From the NCBI GenBank assembly GCA_951406725.2, contig OX597837.1:19592001-19656000 (forward strand): a stretch of 64,000 nt of DNA, written 5' to 3'. Positions 37,680 to 52,327 of this stretch are shown piece after piece. The position numbers and the translations under genes are program-made. The stretch is from Octopus vulgaris (Eukaryota). Every line of letters begins with the position of its first letter. Positions within the stretch are counted from its first letter, which is position 1. The notes beneath the pieces are model-generated. The model had not been told where the DNA came from. It was given only the letters and a program-made list of their open reading frames with translations, and searched no databases.

Positions 37680-37971
37680 CATGTCTGTATGTATGTCTTA
37701 TGTGTGAGCGTGAATGTGTTTATAATGCAATAAAAGAAAAAAAAATAGTGAATCGTCTGAAATTGATGCAAAGTGCCAACGGTGCCCACAACGTTGGCGA
37801 GATGCTTGCGTGTGTTGAGTGTGTGAGAAGGAGAGAGATAGTGAGAGAGAGGGAGAGAGGGACAGAGAGTGAGAGAGAGCGAGGAGGAGAAGGAATTTCA
37901 TTTAGATATGATATTAAGTATACACATGTGTGAGTGCATCTATCTACCTACCTACCTACCTGCCTACCTAC

Positions 37972-38028
<57 letters not shown>

Positions 38029-38032
38029 AGCT

Positions 38033-38082
<50 letters not shown>

Positions 38083-38154
38083 AGCTTCTATCTGTTTGCC
38101 TGTTTGTTTGTCTGTTCGTACTGGTATGTAAGTATGCATGTGTGATTATATATG

Positions 38155-38271
<117 letters not shown>

Positions 38272-38393
38272 TGTGTGTTTGTGTGCGTGTGTGTGTGTAT
38301 AAAAACGGATAGAAGGTTACACAGAAACAAATATCCACAAAAATATGCCTGGGTGCATATATACATACGTATGTACTTACATATTAATATATA

Positions 38394-38435
<42 letters not shown>

Positions 38436-38448
38436 AGTACATACGTAT

Positions 38449-38578
<130 letters not shown>

Positions 38579-38697
38579 TAATGTATGTAAGTATGTATAT
38601 ATATTTATGCGTATAATGATATACATTCTGTGTAGCTCTGTATCGAGTACTTATTTGAAGTACGCTATGCCCATAGTTATACTGAGCATCCGGCATG

Positions 38698-38813
<116 letters not shown>

Positions 38814-39084
38814 CATATACACACACGCGCATATATATGTGTGTGTGTGTATGTGTGTGTAGATAGATAGATATACATATATATATGAATGTATATATAT
38901 ATATATATGCATGTATGTTACGTATATATGTATATACATACATATATATACATATATATGTATATATTTATATATATATACACATCATATACATACATAC
39001 ACACACAGAGTGAAACAGAGAAAGAGTAAGAAAAAGAGAAAAGTGGGAGAGATTCATATAAGTATCCATCTAACAGACTACACG

Positions 39085-39117
<33 letters not shown>

Positions 39118-39614
39118 CAAACACACACACACACACACACACACATACACACACACATACACACACACACACGCACATACGCATATGGCACTTCTGTATC
39201 TGCGGGTGTGAGGCGGGGTGTGTATTGGTTTTGCAACACCCCCTTGGTTACAATTGGTGTGTCGCACAAATAGCCTCCAGTGAGTGTGATGAAGTTTTAT
39301 CTTGTTGCTTGTCACGAAGGCCTTGAGGCGAAATATATGATATATCTCAAAAGTTAGGACGTCTGCCGCCGCCGCCGCCGCCGCGGCTTTCCTCTACCTA
39401 CCGATCATCATGAAGTATATTCGATCGAAATGACGGTGAAACGATGATGATGATGATGATGAGGATGTTGATGTTGATGATGGTGGTGGCTGTGGTGTTG
39501 GTGGTGGTGGTAGTGATGGTGGTAATGGCGATAGTGATGTTGAATATATAATCAAGATACGAAAATCACAAACACACTAAAAAACAGAGAACCATGTGTG
39601 TATATATGTATCTT

Positions 39615-39664
<50 letters not shown>

Positions 39665-40129
39665 TGCACATATATATATATATGTGTGTGTGTGTGTGTA
39701 TAAATAAATATATATGTTTATATATAAATATACATATAAATAAATATTTAGATATTATATATATACATATATATACATACGTGTGTGTGTATATATATAT
39801 GTGTGTGTGTGTGTGTTTATATATATATAAATATATATATACACACCCACATACATGTATTTATGTGTATGTGTACACGATATTAAAAACACTAGTTTTC
39901 CCTTATTTATACATACAAGCATGCACACCTACAAACTTATATACATGCATATAGAAACACACACTCTCACAAACATACACACATGATATGTATACATACA
40001 TAGATATACAAATATATAATACACATACAAACTACACTTACATACGTATACATGTGTGCCTATGTTTGTGCTCGTGTTACATTAAATACACGGCAGTGTT
40101 GTAATTATATATTCTATATATATATAATT

Positions 40130-40178
<49 letters not shown>

Positions 40179-40194
40179 TATGTATGTATATATG

Positions 40195-40274
<80 letters not shown>

Positions 40275-40340
40275 CACATATATATACATATATATATATA
40301 CATACACTCACACACACACACAAATATATATATGTATATA

Positions 40341-40405
<65 letters not shown>

Positions 40406-40856
40406 ATTAATTTTATATATACCTACGTATACTTATGTATGCGTGTGTACGCGTGCGCATGAATGTGCATTAAATGTCACGTGACTATGAAGTTTGCATC
40501 CACGTGGTTTTCAGTTCAGTCCCAATGCAATGCACCCTATGTAAGTGTCATCTGCCATAGTTCCGTACCGACAAATGCTTTGTGAAAAAATGTGGTCGAC
40601 GGAAACACTTGGTGTATATTTGTAAGTCTATGTGTCTGTGTTTCTGCTTGCATTTGACCCCAAAGACTGCTTGATAACTGGCATTGGGTCATCTACGTCT
40701 CCAGAGACGAGGGTTTATATAAGAAAGCAGTAAGGATAAGCAACAACCTTTAAAAATATAATTATTGGATTGAAATTTTTCTAACTAAACACTCTAAATC
40801 CAGAAGCAACTGAAAGAATTACTAGAAAAAAAATCAATTATACGCCTTTATATCTA

Positions 40857-40961
40857 GGCACAAGCGTGGCTGTGTGGTAAGAATCTTGCTTCGTAATTAG
40901 ATTGTTCCGGCCAAGGACTTGTGAGTGGATTTGGTAGATGGAAACTGAAAGAAGACTGTCG

Positions 40962-40962
<1 letters not shown>
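40857..40962 (+). mobile_element. SINE family A, 5' fragment with a deletion
   Basis: ggcacaagcgtggctgtgtggtaag...gtgagtggatttggtagatggaaactgaaagaag. Confidence 0.8.
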
Positions 40963-41033
<71 letters not shown>

Positions 41034-41076
41034 TATATGTATAATACATATGTATATATATAATGCATGCATATAC

Positions 41077-41114
<38 letters not shown>

Positions 41115-41169
41115 AAGGAAAGAAAATGGAGAGAATTGAATGTATGAAAACATTATTTATATTTGTTTT

Positions 41170-41522
41170 CGCTTTTATTAATATCAGTAATTTGACAGCG
41201 GCCATGCTGAAGCACCGCTTTCAGTTGAACAAATTGACCCAACGACCTATTCTTAGTAAGTTTAGTACCTATTCTCTTGATCTGTTTTGTCAAACAGCTA
41301 ATTTACAGGAAAGTAAACACACCAACAGCGGTTGTCAAGCGATGGTGGGGAAGGACAAACACACACACACAAATATACGACGGGCTTCTTGCAGTTTCCG
41401 TCTACCAAATCCATCCACAGGTTATAGTAGAAGGCACTTACCCAAGGTGCCACGCAGTGGGACTAAATCCGGACCCATGTGGTTGGGAAGCAAGCTACTT
41501 ACCACACAGCCACGCCTGTGCC
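41170..41522 (-). mobile_element. SINE family A flanked by an inverted repeat
   Basis: ...ttaccacacagccacgcctgtgcc. Confidence 0.88.
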
Positions 41523-41698
41523 AATACAAATAAACTTTTCATTCATTCAATTCTCTCCATTTTCTTTCCTTCAATATTAATAACTTATATAATTACAATA
41601 GTCTATAGCATATACAAGTGACATTCGCATTATATGATGGTGATTAACCAGTGGAATTTCTAATGAGGTTATAACACTCTCGAATTCACCATATATAA

Positions 41699-41940
41699 TC
41701 TTACATGATAAAACAAAATTTGAGTGTGTTTATGTGTGTGTGTGTGTGTGTGTTTCTTCTGGATTAGAAAACTGAGCTGCCGATTTTGACGTATGATGTA
41801 TCTAAAGATTCAGTAATCTTTCGGCTACAAAATAAAGTATATGTTTTGTACAACAACTCTTTTTTTCCTGCAAAAGTAACCTCGAAAACGAGGTCGGGTC
41901 GCACAATTTTGAAGTCTTTAGCCAAGGGAGGCAACTCTGC
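41699..41940 (+). mobile_element. Possible non-autonomous Helitron 5' segment
   Basis: aTCttacatgataaaa...(tg)n...aaaactgagctgccgattttgac resembles Helitron 5' architecture. No 3' end was found. Confidence 0.3.
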
Positions 41941-42069
41941 CTGAACAAGCTTTATGTCTTACATTGAACATAATGAGAAAATGTTTAAAATACATGGATC
42001 TTTACCAGGAAATGAAAACTTTAATAAAGGTTACGATCGTTTCAATAACTGGTGTATACATTGGCTTGT

Positions 42070-42455
42070 CTTTTATATTTTACTTGTGTCACTCATTAGG
42101 CTGCGGCCAAGCTGGGGCACCACCTGGAAGAAGTTTTAGTCGAATGAATCAACGACAGTACTTTCCTGTTTTTAAACCTGGTACTTATTCCATCGGTCTC
42201 TTTTGCTGAACTGCTAACTTACGAGGATGTAAATACACCAACACTGATTGTGAAACGGTAGTGGGGGGAAAACAGACACAAAAACACAAAGACACATACA
42301 CGACGGGCCTCTTTCAGTTTCTGTCTGCCAAATCTACTCACACAGCTTTGGTCTGACCTGAGACTATAGCAGGGGGCGTTGACGAAGGTGTCACGCAATG
42401 GGAGTGAACCCTGAACCGTTGGTTGAAAAGCAAGCTTCTTGCCACACAGCCTACC
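42070..42455 (-). mobile_element. SINE family A, diverged
   Basis: ctgcggccaagctggggcacc...ctgctaacttacgagga...ttcagtttctgtctgccaaatctactcac. Confidence 0.8.
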
Positions 42456-42963
42456 AGCCACCTCGTCATATTACTTAAACATTTTTGTAGTATATTTAGA
42501 GAATCTCCAACGAATACGTATACTGGTTGATGTTAAGTTGCAAAATGTCAGAGAAATAAAGCAAACGCAGGTATTCACCCAACTCAAGAGATATCTCAGT
42601 AGATGGATATTTAAGATAAGGGAGATATCTGATTACTTTTGAACCAGTGCATCTGTTAGTACAATAGCAATGAAAGGTGAAAGTCACATTCGAATTTAGG
42701 GCTGTTTTAACCGATTTCTTGTGTCTATGTGCTTGTTAGACTAGACAAATTAACACCGTCTCGCACCCCCCCCCCCAAATAAAGAAATGCAAAGAGGTCT
42801 TAATGAAAATGACACGCAGGTAACTGAAATTTACCATGCTCCAAATGAAAGTGTAATTAAAGACCTTATAAGTCAGATATGAATCACTTTCAGCAACAAG
42901 AATTCTATACTAATATGGATAGCACTAGTAGTAAATGGCGGAGCATATATTACTGATGTTTTA

Positions 42964-43350
42964 GGCGTGGCTGTGTGGTAAAAAGCTTGCTTCTCAACCA
43001 CATGGTTCCGGGTTCAGTCCCACTGCGTGGCACCTTGGACAAGTGTCTTCTACTATAGCCTTGGGCCGACCAAAGCCTTGTGTGTGGATTTGGTAGACGG
43101 AAATTGAAAGAAGCCCGTCGCATATATATATATATGAGTGTGTGTGTGTGTGTCTTTGTGTCAGTTCCCCCTCCCCATCGTTTGACAACCGATGTTGGAG
43201 TGTTTACATCACCGTAACATAGCAGTTCGACAAAAGAATCCGATAGAATAAGTACCAGGCTTAAAAAGAATAAGTCTTGGTGCCAATTTGTTCGGCTAAA
43301 AGGTGGGGCCCCAGCATGGGCTCAGTAAAATGGCTGAAACAAGTAAAAGA
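42964..43350 (+). mobile_element. SINE family A
   Basis: ggcgtggctgtgtggtaa...ggttccgggttcagtcccactgcgtggcacc...gaaacaagtaaaaga. Confidence 0.9.
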
Positions 43351-43989
43351 ATACAAACAGTGGTTTGTATTTTTCAATAAATGACTTTTCCTTATTTATT
43401 TGCGTTTGATCTGTGGAACAATAAATATACTGGATGAAATGCAATGTAAAACATATCTGGAACAGGATCATTACAAATTTCAAATTTGCATTTTGAAATA
43501 TGCTAAAGAAAATTGGCTGAATGCAACCCCAATTATTCTCCGCCTGACAGTTTCAAATAAAACACATCAAATATGAATGTATGTATGTGTGTATGTATGT
43601 ATACAAAAATTAAAATATACCAATTCTACCCCAAAACAATCAAACTAACATCGAAAATTACTAGCCACTTACCCATCAATTGACTGCGATCTGAGCCACT
43701 TTCTCTATAAAAAAAACAAGTGACTCAGATCATGAATCAGATCGCAACGGTCAGAAAAGACGCAATTTCCGACTAAGCTCCACTTCAAATACTTTTGAAA
43801 ATGAAATATGAAACCGGTTAAGTGCGCGCACACACACACACACCGATAAGGTAGTTAGGTAGATGAAGTGGGGTGGAGGCTAGGTAGTCAATGGAGGACT
43901 TAAAGCAGAGAATCTAATGTAAATAAATGCAGTAAGAAAGTAGTTTTGGTTCTCATCGAGTTGATGGCGACAATGTGTGTGTACATATA

Positions 43990-45232
43990 CATGCATGCAT
44001 GCATGCATGCATACATACATACATACATACATACATACACACATACATACATACATACATACATACACACATACATGCATGCAAACATACATACATACAT
44101 ACATACATACATACATACATACATACATACATACATACATACATACATACATACATACATACATACACACATACATACATACATACATACATACATACAT
44201 ACATACACACATACATACATTCATACATAGACACATACATACATAAACATACATACATACATACATGCATACACAGATACATACATGCATACATACATAC
44301 ATACATACATACATACATACATACATACACACACACATGCATTCACACGTAGACACATACATACATACACACATACATACATACATACACAGATACATAC
44401 ATGCATACATACATACATACACACATACATACACACATACATACACAGATACATACATGCATACATACATACATACACACATACATACATACACATACAT
44501 ACACACACACACATACATACATACATACACACATACATACATACATACATACACACACACATACACACATACATACATGCATACATACATACATACATAC
44601 ACACATACATACATACATACATACATACATACATACATACATACATACATACATACATACATACATACATACATACATACATACATACATACATACATAC
44701 ATACATACATACATACACACATACATACATACATACATACATACATACATACATACATACATACATACATACATACATACACACATACACACATACATAC
44801 ATGCATACATACATACATACATACACACATACATACATACATACATACATACATACATACATACATACATACATACATACATACATACACACATACATAC
44901 ATACATACATACATACATACACACATACATACATACATACATACATACATACACACACACATACATACATACATACATACATACATACATACATACATAC
45001 ATACATACATACATACATACATACATACACACATACATACATACATACATACATACATACACACATACATACATACATACATACATACATACACACACAC
45101 ACATACATACATACATACATACATACATACATACATACACACATACATACATACATACATACATACACACACATACATACATACATACATACATACATAC
45201 ATACATACATACATACATACATACATGCATGC
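43990..45232. repeat. ~1.2-kb (TACA)n microsatellite with CACA interruptions
   Basis: Direct reading. It is the source of the long MYVC/HTYI pseudo-ORFs. Confidence 0.97.
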
Positions 45233-45239
45233 ATATGTG

Positions 45240-45920
45240 ATGCCATCACTTGATTGTTATTTTAACCATGAGCAGCATGGATGTGGCCGTTCAGTCCTGC
45301 GGGGCTTACACTCTTATCTACAGAGATGGAAACGTTGGGTACCTCTTACAGCAGATGTTACTATATCGTTTTAGTGAACTTTCTTATGATGTTTCCTGGT
45401 ACACATCCTTTTCCACACCCTCTGCATATAGAGATACCATATAATGCATTGCCCACAATTTCCCCGGCTCTATGGCTCTTCTGATATCTTCTAAGACCTA
45501 CCTTCCCATAGACACTCCAACACCTGTTACATGTTAAGCTGAGCTGTATTCCAACCTTTTCAGGATGATTTACATCAAGAACCTTACAAACATCTCTCTT
45601 GAACTGTTCATTCATGTTACAATTTTGTTCAAATTCTCTCCTCCCTCGATGAAGGATCTACAGCAAGCTTTACGCGTATTATCCGAGATTTTGACCTTCT
45701 CCAACGTATTCTTGATGCACTCCCTATATTTCAATTTCGGTTTGTGCGTGAGTCTTTTACCCTGGGGTAACTAATTATACAGAGATTGCATAGGAAACCG
45801 ATCATCTCCCACTCTAGCCACATGAGCACTCCACTGTAAACTGGTCGACCGACTGTGTTCGAGGACTGATATCTGGTACCCAGTATATGGTAGAGATATT
45901 ATTGGTGAAATCGCTCCAGC
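45240..45920 (-). pseudogene. RTE-clade LINE ORF C-terminus
   Basis: SVLEHSRSTSLQWSAHVARVGDDRFPMQSLY; GKRLTHKPKLKYRECIKNTL; C-terminal zinc-finger-like LTCNRC...GLRRYQKSH. Confidence 0.85.
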
Positions 45921-46106
45921 CGTACCATACATACATACATACATACATACATACATGCATGCATACTTGCGTGCATACATACGTACATATATGCATGCAT
46001 ACATACATATATACATACATGTATGCATGCATACATACATACATACATACATACATACATACATACATACATACATACATACATACATACATACATACAT
46101 ACATAC

Positions 46107-46375
46107 AAGTGAAATTGTAAAAGTTTGTAACACTTCCCTGAACTTTACTATTTAAGTATACATGTGTACGTTTAGTTATGCAAATATATCCACGTGAAGA
46201 CATGCATAAAACAAAGCATAGATATCTGCTCATGCACTGACTCCAAATACTGCACACATACACACATATATGCAAAAATACCGTCTTAGTGTTATTGAAA
46301 TTCCAATGAAGGAGCCTTTTGTCTAGGTTAGAGACCGGCTCTTTCTCAAGTGGCAAGAAATTTTGAAATAAACTG
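46107..46375 (+). mobile_element. R4/Dong-type LINE extreme 3' end
   Basis: IVKVCNTSLNFTI* resembles TVKI.KTFLKFII* at 27640-27679. The 3' UTR follows. Confidence 0.6.
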
Positions 46376-46424
46376 GATAACGACATACATACATACATAT
46401 ATACATACATACATACATACATAC

Positions 46425-46971
46425 ATGGTGGCTGCCCCCTCGTTATGTACTCGAGTATGGCCATTGCACGAAGCTTAATCAATGTTGTTATCGTGCAATG
46501 CCTGTGCAAGAAGATTTTTTTTTAAAGTGAGGAAAGGCTGTGCACAGAGTCAATCCCACTCACTAAGCAACAGCAGCCATTCTGAATCAACATCATCGGT
46601 AACCACTGAGCCGCAGGTTTTATGTCGGAGTTATCCCAGTTACCTGAGTTACCTTCTCCTAGAAGGATGCCTTAACAAAGGCTAGGAGTCCTTCACTCCC
46701 AATGGTTTAACCGCGCGATCGGGTATTCAGTCCGATTATTTCTATGGCCCCGCGCATGATACAGCCCTAAGACATTTATTGGATGGCCGTTGACTCTCAA
46801 GAAATCCTCCGCTCTTTGACGAGTTTTGTTTTTCATCCTGCAGGGTGTCCAATAAACATCCTCCTCACCAAGCAAGCTTGGTGGGGTTGCCGGTTTAGTC
46901 GCCGACGACCCGACCATGCAACAGGTTGTACTGGGTTACATGTTACCAGTAGCACTCGAAAGTGACCTGAC
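46425..46971 (-). mobile_element. RTE-related non-autonomous retroposon
   Basis: Shares ccggtttagtcgcc..gacccgaccatgcaacaggttgtact...catgttaccagta and ttaacaaa.gcta.g.g blocks with 57450-57985. The ggcgactaaaccggc motif resembles RTE 5' UTRs. Confidence 0.6.
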
Positions 46972-46972
46972 A

Positions 46973-47003
<31 letters not shown>

Positions 47004-47079
47004 TCAGATTCGGGCTGTGCACACAGCTTGAAAAGTATAATTCTCTTTCTTTGTAAAACTATCTCGCAGGTTATTGCAG

Positions 47080-48050
47080 TTATCAAGTGCAACACAATCA
47101 ACAAATTCCCGAAACACCAAAACGATTCAAAGATAAGCAGTTTGAAGACTATAAAACTGATACCTTAAATTCCAAACTCCACCAGCTGAAACGAGAACTA
47201 ACAGTGACAACAGAGAAATTAGAATACAAATCTGCAGTGTATAAATGGAAAATACTGAATATATTGTGCTTGGGGAGTGTCATTCTGTTTTAATGCCTTA
47301 TTAATTAACACACTCACCGGTTCGATTTTCACTCATTAACTTATTTATTTATTTTTCTAAAATTTCGGTTGTTTCTTGCGATCTCTTCATATCGTCACTT
47401 AAACGTGAATGTTCTGTTATAACAAACTGCGGTTGTTGCCAAGAGTGTAACTCTCACATCGGCTTTTGGTGCAAAATGCACTCTTTTCTATATCGCTATC
47501 GGGGAGATATAAATACCCACCACCTCCCTCACCAAGATTATCAGATTATGTGATTTCGACCTTCCTTGGTTATGTCAATGATGGACGTTCTTCCGCTAGA
47601 GATAGCAGCGGCTCGTCTTTCCGCCAGCGATATATAGAATAACCGTGTCAGAACAGGCGCTGGTGTCACGAATACCCAGTGAACTTGTTAAAAAATATTT
47701 AGTTTGTTTGCTAGAGACTCCAAATCAGTCTATCGTAGCTTGAAAAACTGCACACTATCAGTAAAAAAAATAAAACCCATTTAATTAAGAAACAGAGTGG
47801 AAAGTTACTGGAGATCAATTTAAGAAGAGAATGATGGAATCAACGAAAAGCTGACAGAAGAGGTTGAGTTAAGACAGGGACACTGCAATCTTGTAAATCA
47901 AAAACTACAAAATCGACGGCGCAGTTATTGAAACAGTATTGAGAAAAATATCAAACAGGAAATCCCCTGATCCAGATTTTATTATAAGGTATTAAGTTTA
48001 AAAGCCTCAGCTTCTATTGGCGAGATTTAATAAGACTGTTTTGAAAATAG
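47080..48050 (+). pseudogene. R4/Dong-type LINE pre-RT region, interrupted by other sequence (~47270-47760)
   Basis: IETVLRKISNRKSPDPDFIIRY..KSL resembles I.NWK.PGPD.I..YW.K.L. Confidence 0.5.
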
Positions 48051-48224
48051 TATCAAGGGTACATTAAACGTACGCACATGGCTGTCAGCAGCCATCATCC
48101 TTCTCATCCCCAAGCTATCTTTATACCGGTACAGGTGTTTGTATTTCAACAACAGTACAAAGTGTGTATAATGCATTTATATTCACTGAGTTATATAGTA
48201 AAAAAAAAGGACACCGATTCTTTT

Positions 48225-48642
48225 ATTCTTTTACTCTTTTACTTGTTTCAGTCATTTGACTGCAACCATGCTGGAGCACCACCTTGAAGAGACTTAGTCG
48301 AACAAAAATCGACCGCAGGACTCATTCTTTGTAAGCCTAGTATTTATGCTATCGATCTCTTTTGCCGAATCGCTAAGTTACGGGTACATAAACTCACCAA
48401 TACCAGTTGTGAAGCGGTGATGAGGGTACAAACACACACACACGCACACACACACACACAAACAAACATGCATATATACAGGACGGGGTTCTTTCATTTT
48501 CCGTCTACCAAATCCACTCAAAAGGTTTTGGTCGGCCCGAGGTTATTGTAGGAGACACTTGCCCAAGGTGCCTCGCAGTGGGACTGAACTCGGAAACATA
48601 TGGTTGGGAACCAAGCTTCTTACCACACAGCCACGCCTGTAC
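48225..48642 (-). mobile_element. SINE family A, full length
   Basis: ttttactcttttacttgtttcagtcatttgactgc...ttaccacacagccacgcctg. Confidence 0.9.
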
Positions 48643-49263
48643 CTATTATTTACATTCATTAATTATTTGCTGTGAGTCATGTCAGCTCTCAACAACTTTT
48701 CCCCAAAATAGCCAAACCACCAAAGCTATCTAGATACACACACATATATGTGTGTGTGTGTGTGTATATACGTACATGAATAGATACACACATATATGTG
48801 TGTACATGCATACATCCAACCATATGTATAAACACACCCTTCCATTCACGTATCCATCTTTTTCACCTACTATTTCTGGGTGGGTGTTGGTGGTAGGGCT
48901 CTCAGGCACCTCCCCCATAGGGTCCTATCGGAAGTAACCCTCATTAGAGATACCCGTTGGATTCCCAAGCGTGACATTATGAGACTATGGATATTACCTA
49001 ACCATCCCGTTCTTGTTCTAATCCTAGGTCTCCTACACTTATATAGCCTTGTATTAACTGAAAAAAATTAGGAGCTGAGAGCCAAGAGTTTGAAGAAGAC
49101 CGAATTTTTGGGAAGACATTTCTGCGGTGCTTGGATAGGAAGACGCAGGACGAGTGGTAACAGGATGCAAAACCAGTGGGTTTGAGGGGCCTGAGCGGTG
49201 AAGGTACAAAATTAGCCACGAAGAACAGAAGCCATTATAGAAGCTATAGAAGAGAGAGAGAGG

Positions 49264-49328
<65 letters not shown>

Positions 49329-50046
49329 AGGAGACAGCGCACTTGTAAGTTAGAGGCTGGAGTGTGTCCGTTAGTGTTGTTTTGTTAACTAAGGCAAGCA
49401 GCCCTTTCCTGAATGCAAGCCAGCGTATCTGTGTGTGTAGCAGTAGCACAGTTCCGTATGTTGTAGTAGAATACCACTGGGGCCCTTAGCTGAGTTTTCT
49501 AGAGTATAAATGATTGGTTGTCGCTGTAGTATTTCCTACCTTATAGAGAAGTGCTAGCCTTTGATATGCTGTCCGAGTTTGATTTTACCAAAATAGATTT
49601 TGAGACTCTTGCTGTCGGAGTGACGGGAAGAGCTTCAACCGAGTTCTGCTCATGTTAAGAAAGCGTTGCGGTTTATGGCCCTTCTAATTTTTGGCTGTGG
49701 GCATATGCACACATTTGCTTGTGTCCAAAAAATTTCTTTCTTTTCAAAGATTATATGCATCCATGCAGTGACAACCCTCACTTAAAAGAATAATTCAATT
49801 TCATCTTGATAACTTTGTGTGAAGGTATTTCTTTTACTTTATGCGCTAATTGCAGAACAGGGGAACAGACATACAAGCGCACAGCTTGTGTGTGTGTGTA
49901 TGTGTGTGTGTATGTGTGTGTGTGTGTGTGTATGTGTGTGTGTGTGTTCGCGCATGTGTGTGTGCGTGCGCGCAAATGTGAAGGTATATGTGTATATGTA
50001 TTTATATGTATGTGTGTTCGTATAAACATAATTTTGTGTGTATATA

Positions 50047-51291
50047 TTTGGTCATCCCATAAATAATGCAGTTTTTTTATACTTCCTTTATTTTTCAAAA
50101 TTAAGATAAACAAAATTCTTTTTTTAATATAAAATTTACTCACCGTCATTTTCTACAATGCTCTTCCATCTATCTGCTTGACTTGCAAGGCCCCTCTCCC
50201 AAAATTCACCTGTCCGTGACGAAAAATACTCCTCCAGTACTGTTCTGACCTCGTCGACAAAATTCATATTTTTTCTGTCCAAATAATTTTGAAGACTGCA
50301 GAAGAAATTATGATCAGATGGGGCAATGTCCGGCGAATATGGTAGATGGGGCATTGTTTCCCATTAAAACTGCTCCAGCTTTTGGAATGTCATCCTCTCT
50401 GTATGTGGCCGAGCATTATCCTGATGGAAGAACACCTTTCGTCTTGAAACCAAAGATGGTCGTTTTTCTTCTAACGCTAACTTAAGCCGCTCAAGCTGCT
50501 CGCAGTAGATCTCCTTTGTTATCGTTTGGTTTGGGTTTAAAAGTTCAAAATGGACAAAACGTTTCACATCCCACCCAACAGATAACAACACCTTACGTGG
50601 GTGAAGACCTTCTTTATCCTGGAGTGCCAGTGTTTCTCCTTTCTTTACCCACTGACTTAGGTGCTTAACATTCTTATAGAGAACACATTTCTCCTCACCA
50701 GTCACTTTTCGATTAAAAAAATGGTTCATTCGTGAGACGTGACAGCAAAGAAGAGCACACATTCACTCTCTGCGCGCGATTAGACTCGGAAAGTTTGTGA
50801 GGAACCCAGTGATCCAATTTGCTGATTTTTCCAATGACACACAGGTGTCGATGAATGATTGAATGACCAAATCCAAGGTTCTATGCTAGTTCCACAACAG
50901 TAGCGATGGGATTTTGTTCCACCAGGGTTTGCAGGACATCCTAGTCGAGCTCTACAGATCTTCCAGAACGAAGCTCGTCTTCTAGGCTGTAGTTTCCGGC
51001 TCGGAATTTCTGGAACCACTGATGACACTGGCTTGTCCTTACTGTCCGATCCTCATATACTGCATTAATATTCCTCGCTCTTTCCATTGCGTTGTTGTCT
51101 TTATTGAACTCATAAAAAAATATGCCAAATATGTTTCTTTGAAAAAATAACTATTAAAATCGAAAGGCACTCTTCGAAACTTGCACTGAGAATAAGTTTA
51201 ATTTATACTCGCTTTTATAGCAAGTGATGCAGGTAATATATCACGTCCCCCTCCGATTTTTAGTTCATGCAACTGAAAACCCCGCATTATT

Positions 51292-51294
<3 letters not shown>
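50047..51294 (-). mobile_element. mariner (DD34D) transposon, near full length, inactivated
   Basis: Transposase motifs WFQKFRAG..SLED, WVPHKL, VTGEEK, FHQDNARPH and PYSPDIAPSDH, with stops and frameshifts. TIR ttggtcatcccataaataatgcagtttt after TA, and a partial right TIR aaaaccccgcattatttat. Confidence 0.95.
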
Positions 51295-51330
<36 letters not shown>

Positions 51331-51332
<2 letters not shown>

Positions 51333-51630
51333 AGGCGCAATGGCCCAGTGGTTAGGGCAGCGGACTCGCGGTCGTAGGATCACGGTTTCGATTCCCAGAC
51401 CGGCCTTGTGAGTGTTTATTGAGCAAAACACCTAAAGCTGCATGAAGCTCCGACAGGAGGTGGTGGTGGTCCCTGCTGTACTCTTTCGCCACAACTTTCT
51501 CTCACTCTTTCTTCTGTTGGCTTGCTCGCTTAGCCAGCGGCGTGGCGTCATTTGAAGGCTAAAACAATGCGAAGCGCATTGTGACCAGCGGTGTGTAGCA
51601 ACATCTAATAGTCTGGTCGGTCACGGTGAT
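51331..51630 (+). mobile_element. tRNA-derived SINE family C
   Basis: ggaggcgcaaTGGCCCAGTGGttagg...GGTTTCGATTCCc carries A and B boxes, followed by a non-tRNA body. Confidence 0.85.
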
Positions 51631-51640
51631 ATATACACAC

Positions 51641-51671
<31 letters not shown>

Positions 51672-51688
51672 TTTATTGTATATATATT

Positions 51689-51756
<68 letters not shown>

Positions 51757-51826
51757 TACATACATGTGTGTGTGTATGTATACATGGATATATCAATGTA
51801 TCTATCTTTCTCACTGGCTGTGTGTG

Positions 51827-51878
<52 letters not shown>

Positions 51879-52101
51879 CATACACACATACACACACATA
51901 CACACATATGGCTACAGAGACTCGGTGACGAGTCGCATTTATCTCTTTCTACAGATTAAAACTAATAATATATATATATATATCCATGTACTGAGTGTTA
52001 TTCCTCTTATTTGTTCCAAAAGAAAAAAAAGAAGTCCAATCTTTATCTATCTGTCTCTCATGTATGTATAAGATATGCATGACTATAATTATATATGCAT
52101 A

Positions 52102-52138
<37 letters not shown>

Positions 52139-52234
52139 ACACAAACACACACACATAGAAACATATACATATTAATAAATAGAATGATAGATACACGTGT
52201 ATATTTATATATCTATAATCTCTCTCTCACACGC

Positions 52235-52273
<39 letters not shown>

Positions 52274-52286
52274 GCATGTATGTACA

Positions 52287-52327
<41 letters not shown>

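Noticed and set aside
43688-43731. 14-bp inverted repeat gatctgagccactt / aagtgactcagatc
   Set aside because: Short and isolated with an A-rich loop, and no family or functional context.
43880-45374. Long ORFs of 280-448 aa (MYVC/HTYI repeats) and similar YI, CV, HT and poly-I ORFs across the window
   Set aside because: They are pure translations of stop-free microsatellites on both strands, with no coding signal.
48885-49773. Possible solo LTR (TGT...ACA, complex unique sequence)
   Set aside because: No target-site duplication, second copy, PBS or PPT in the window.
51331-51405. Possible tRNA gene
   Set aside because: A and B boxes are present, but there is no acceptor-stem closure and it continues into a SINE body. 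The same applies to the other SINE heads.
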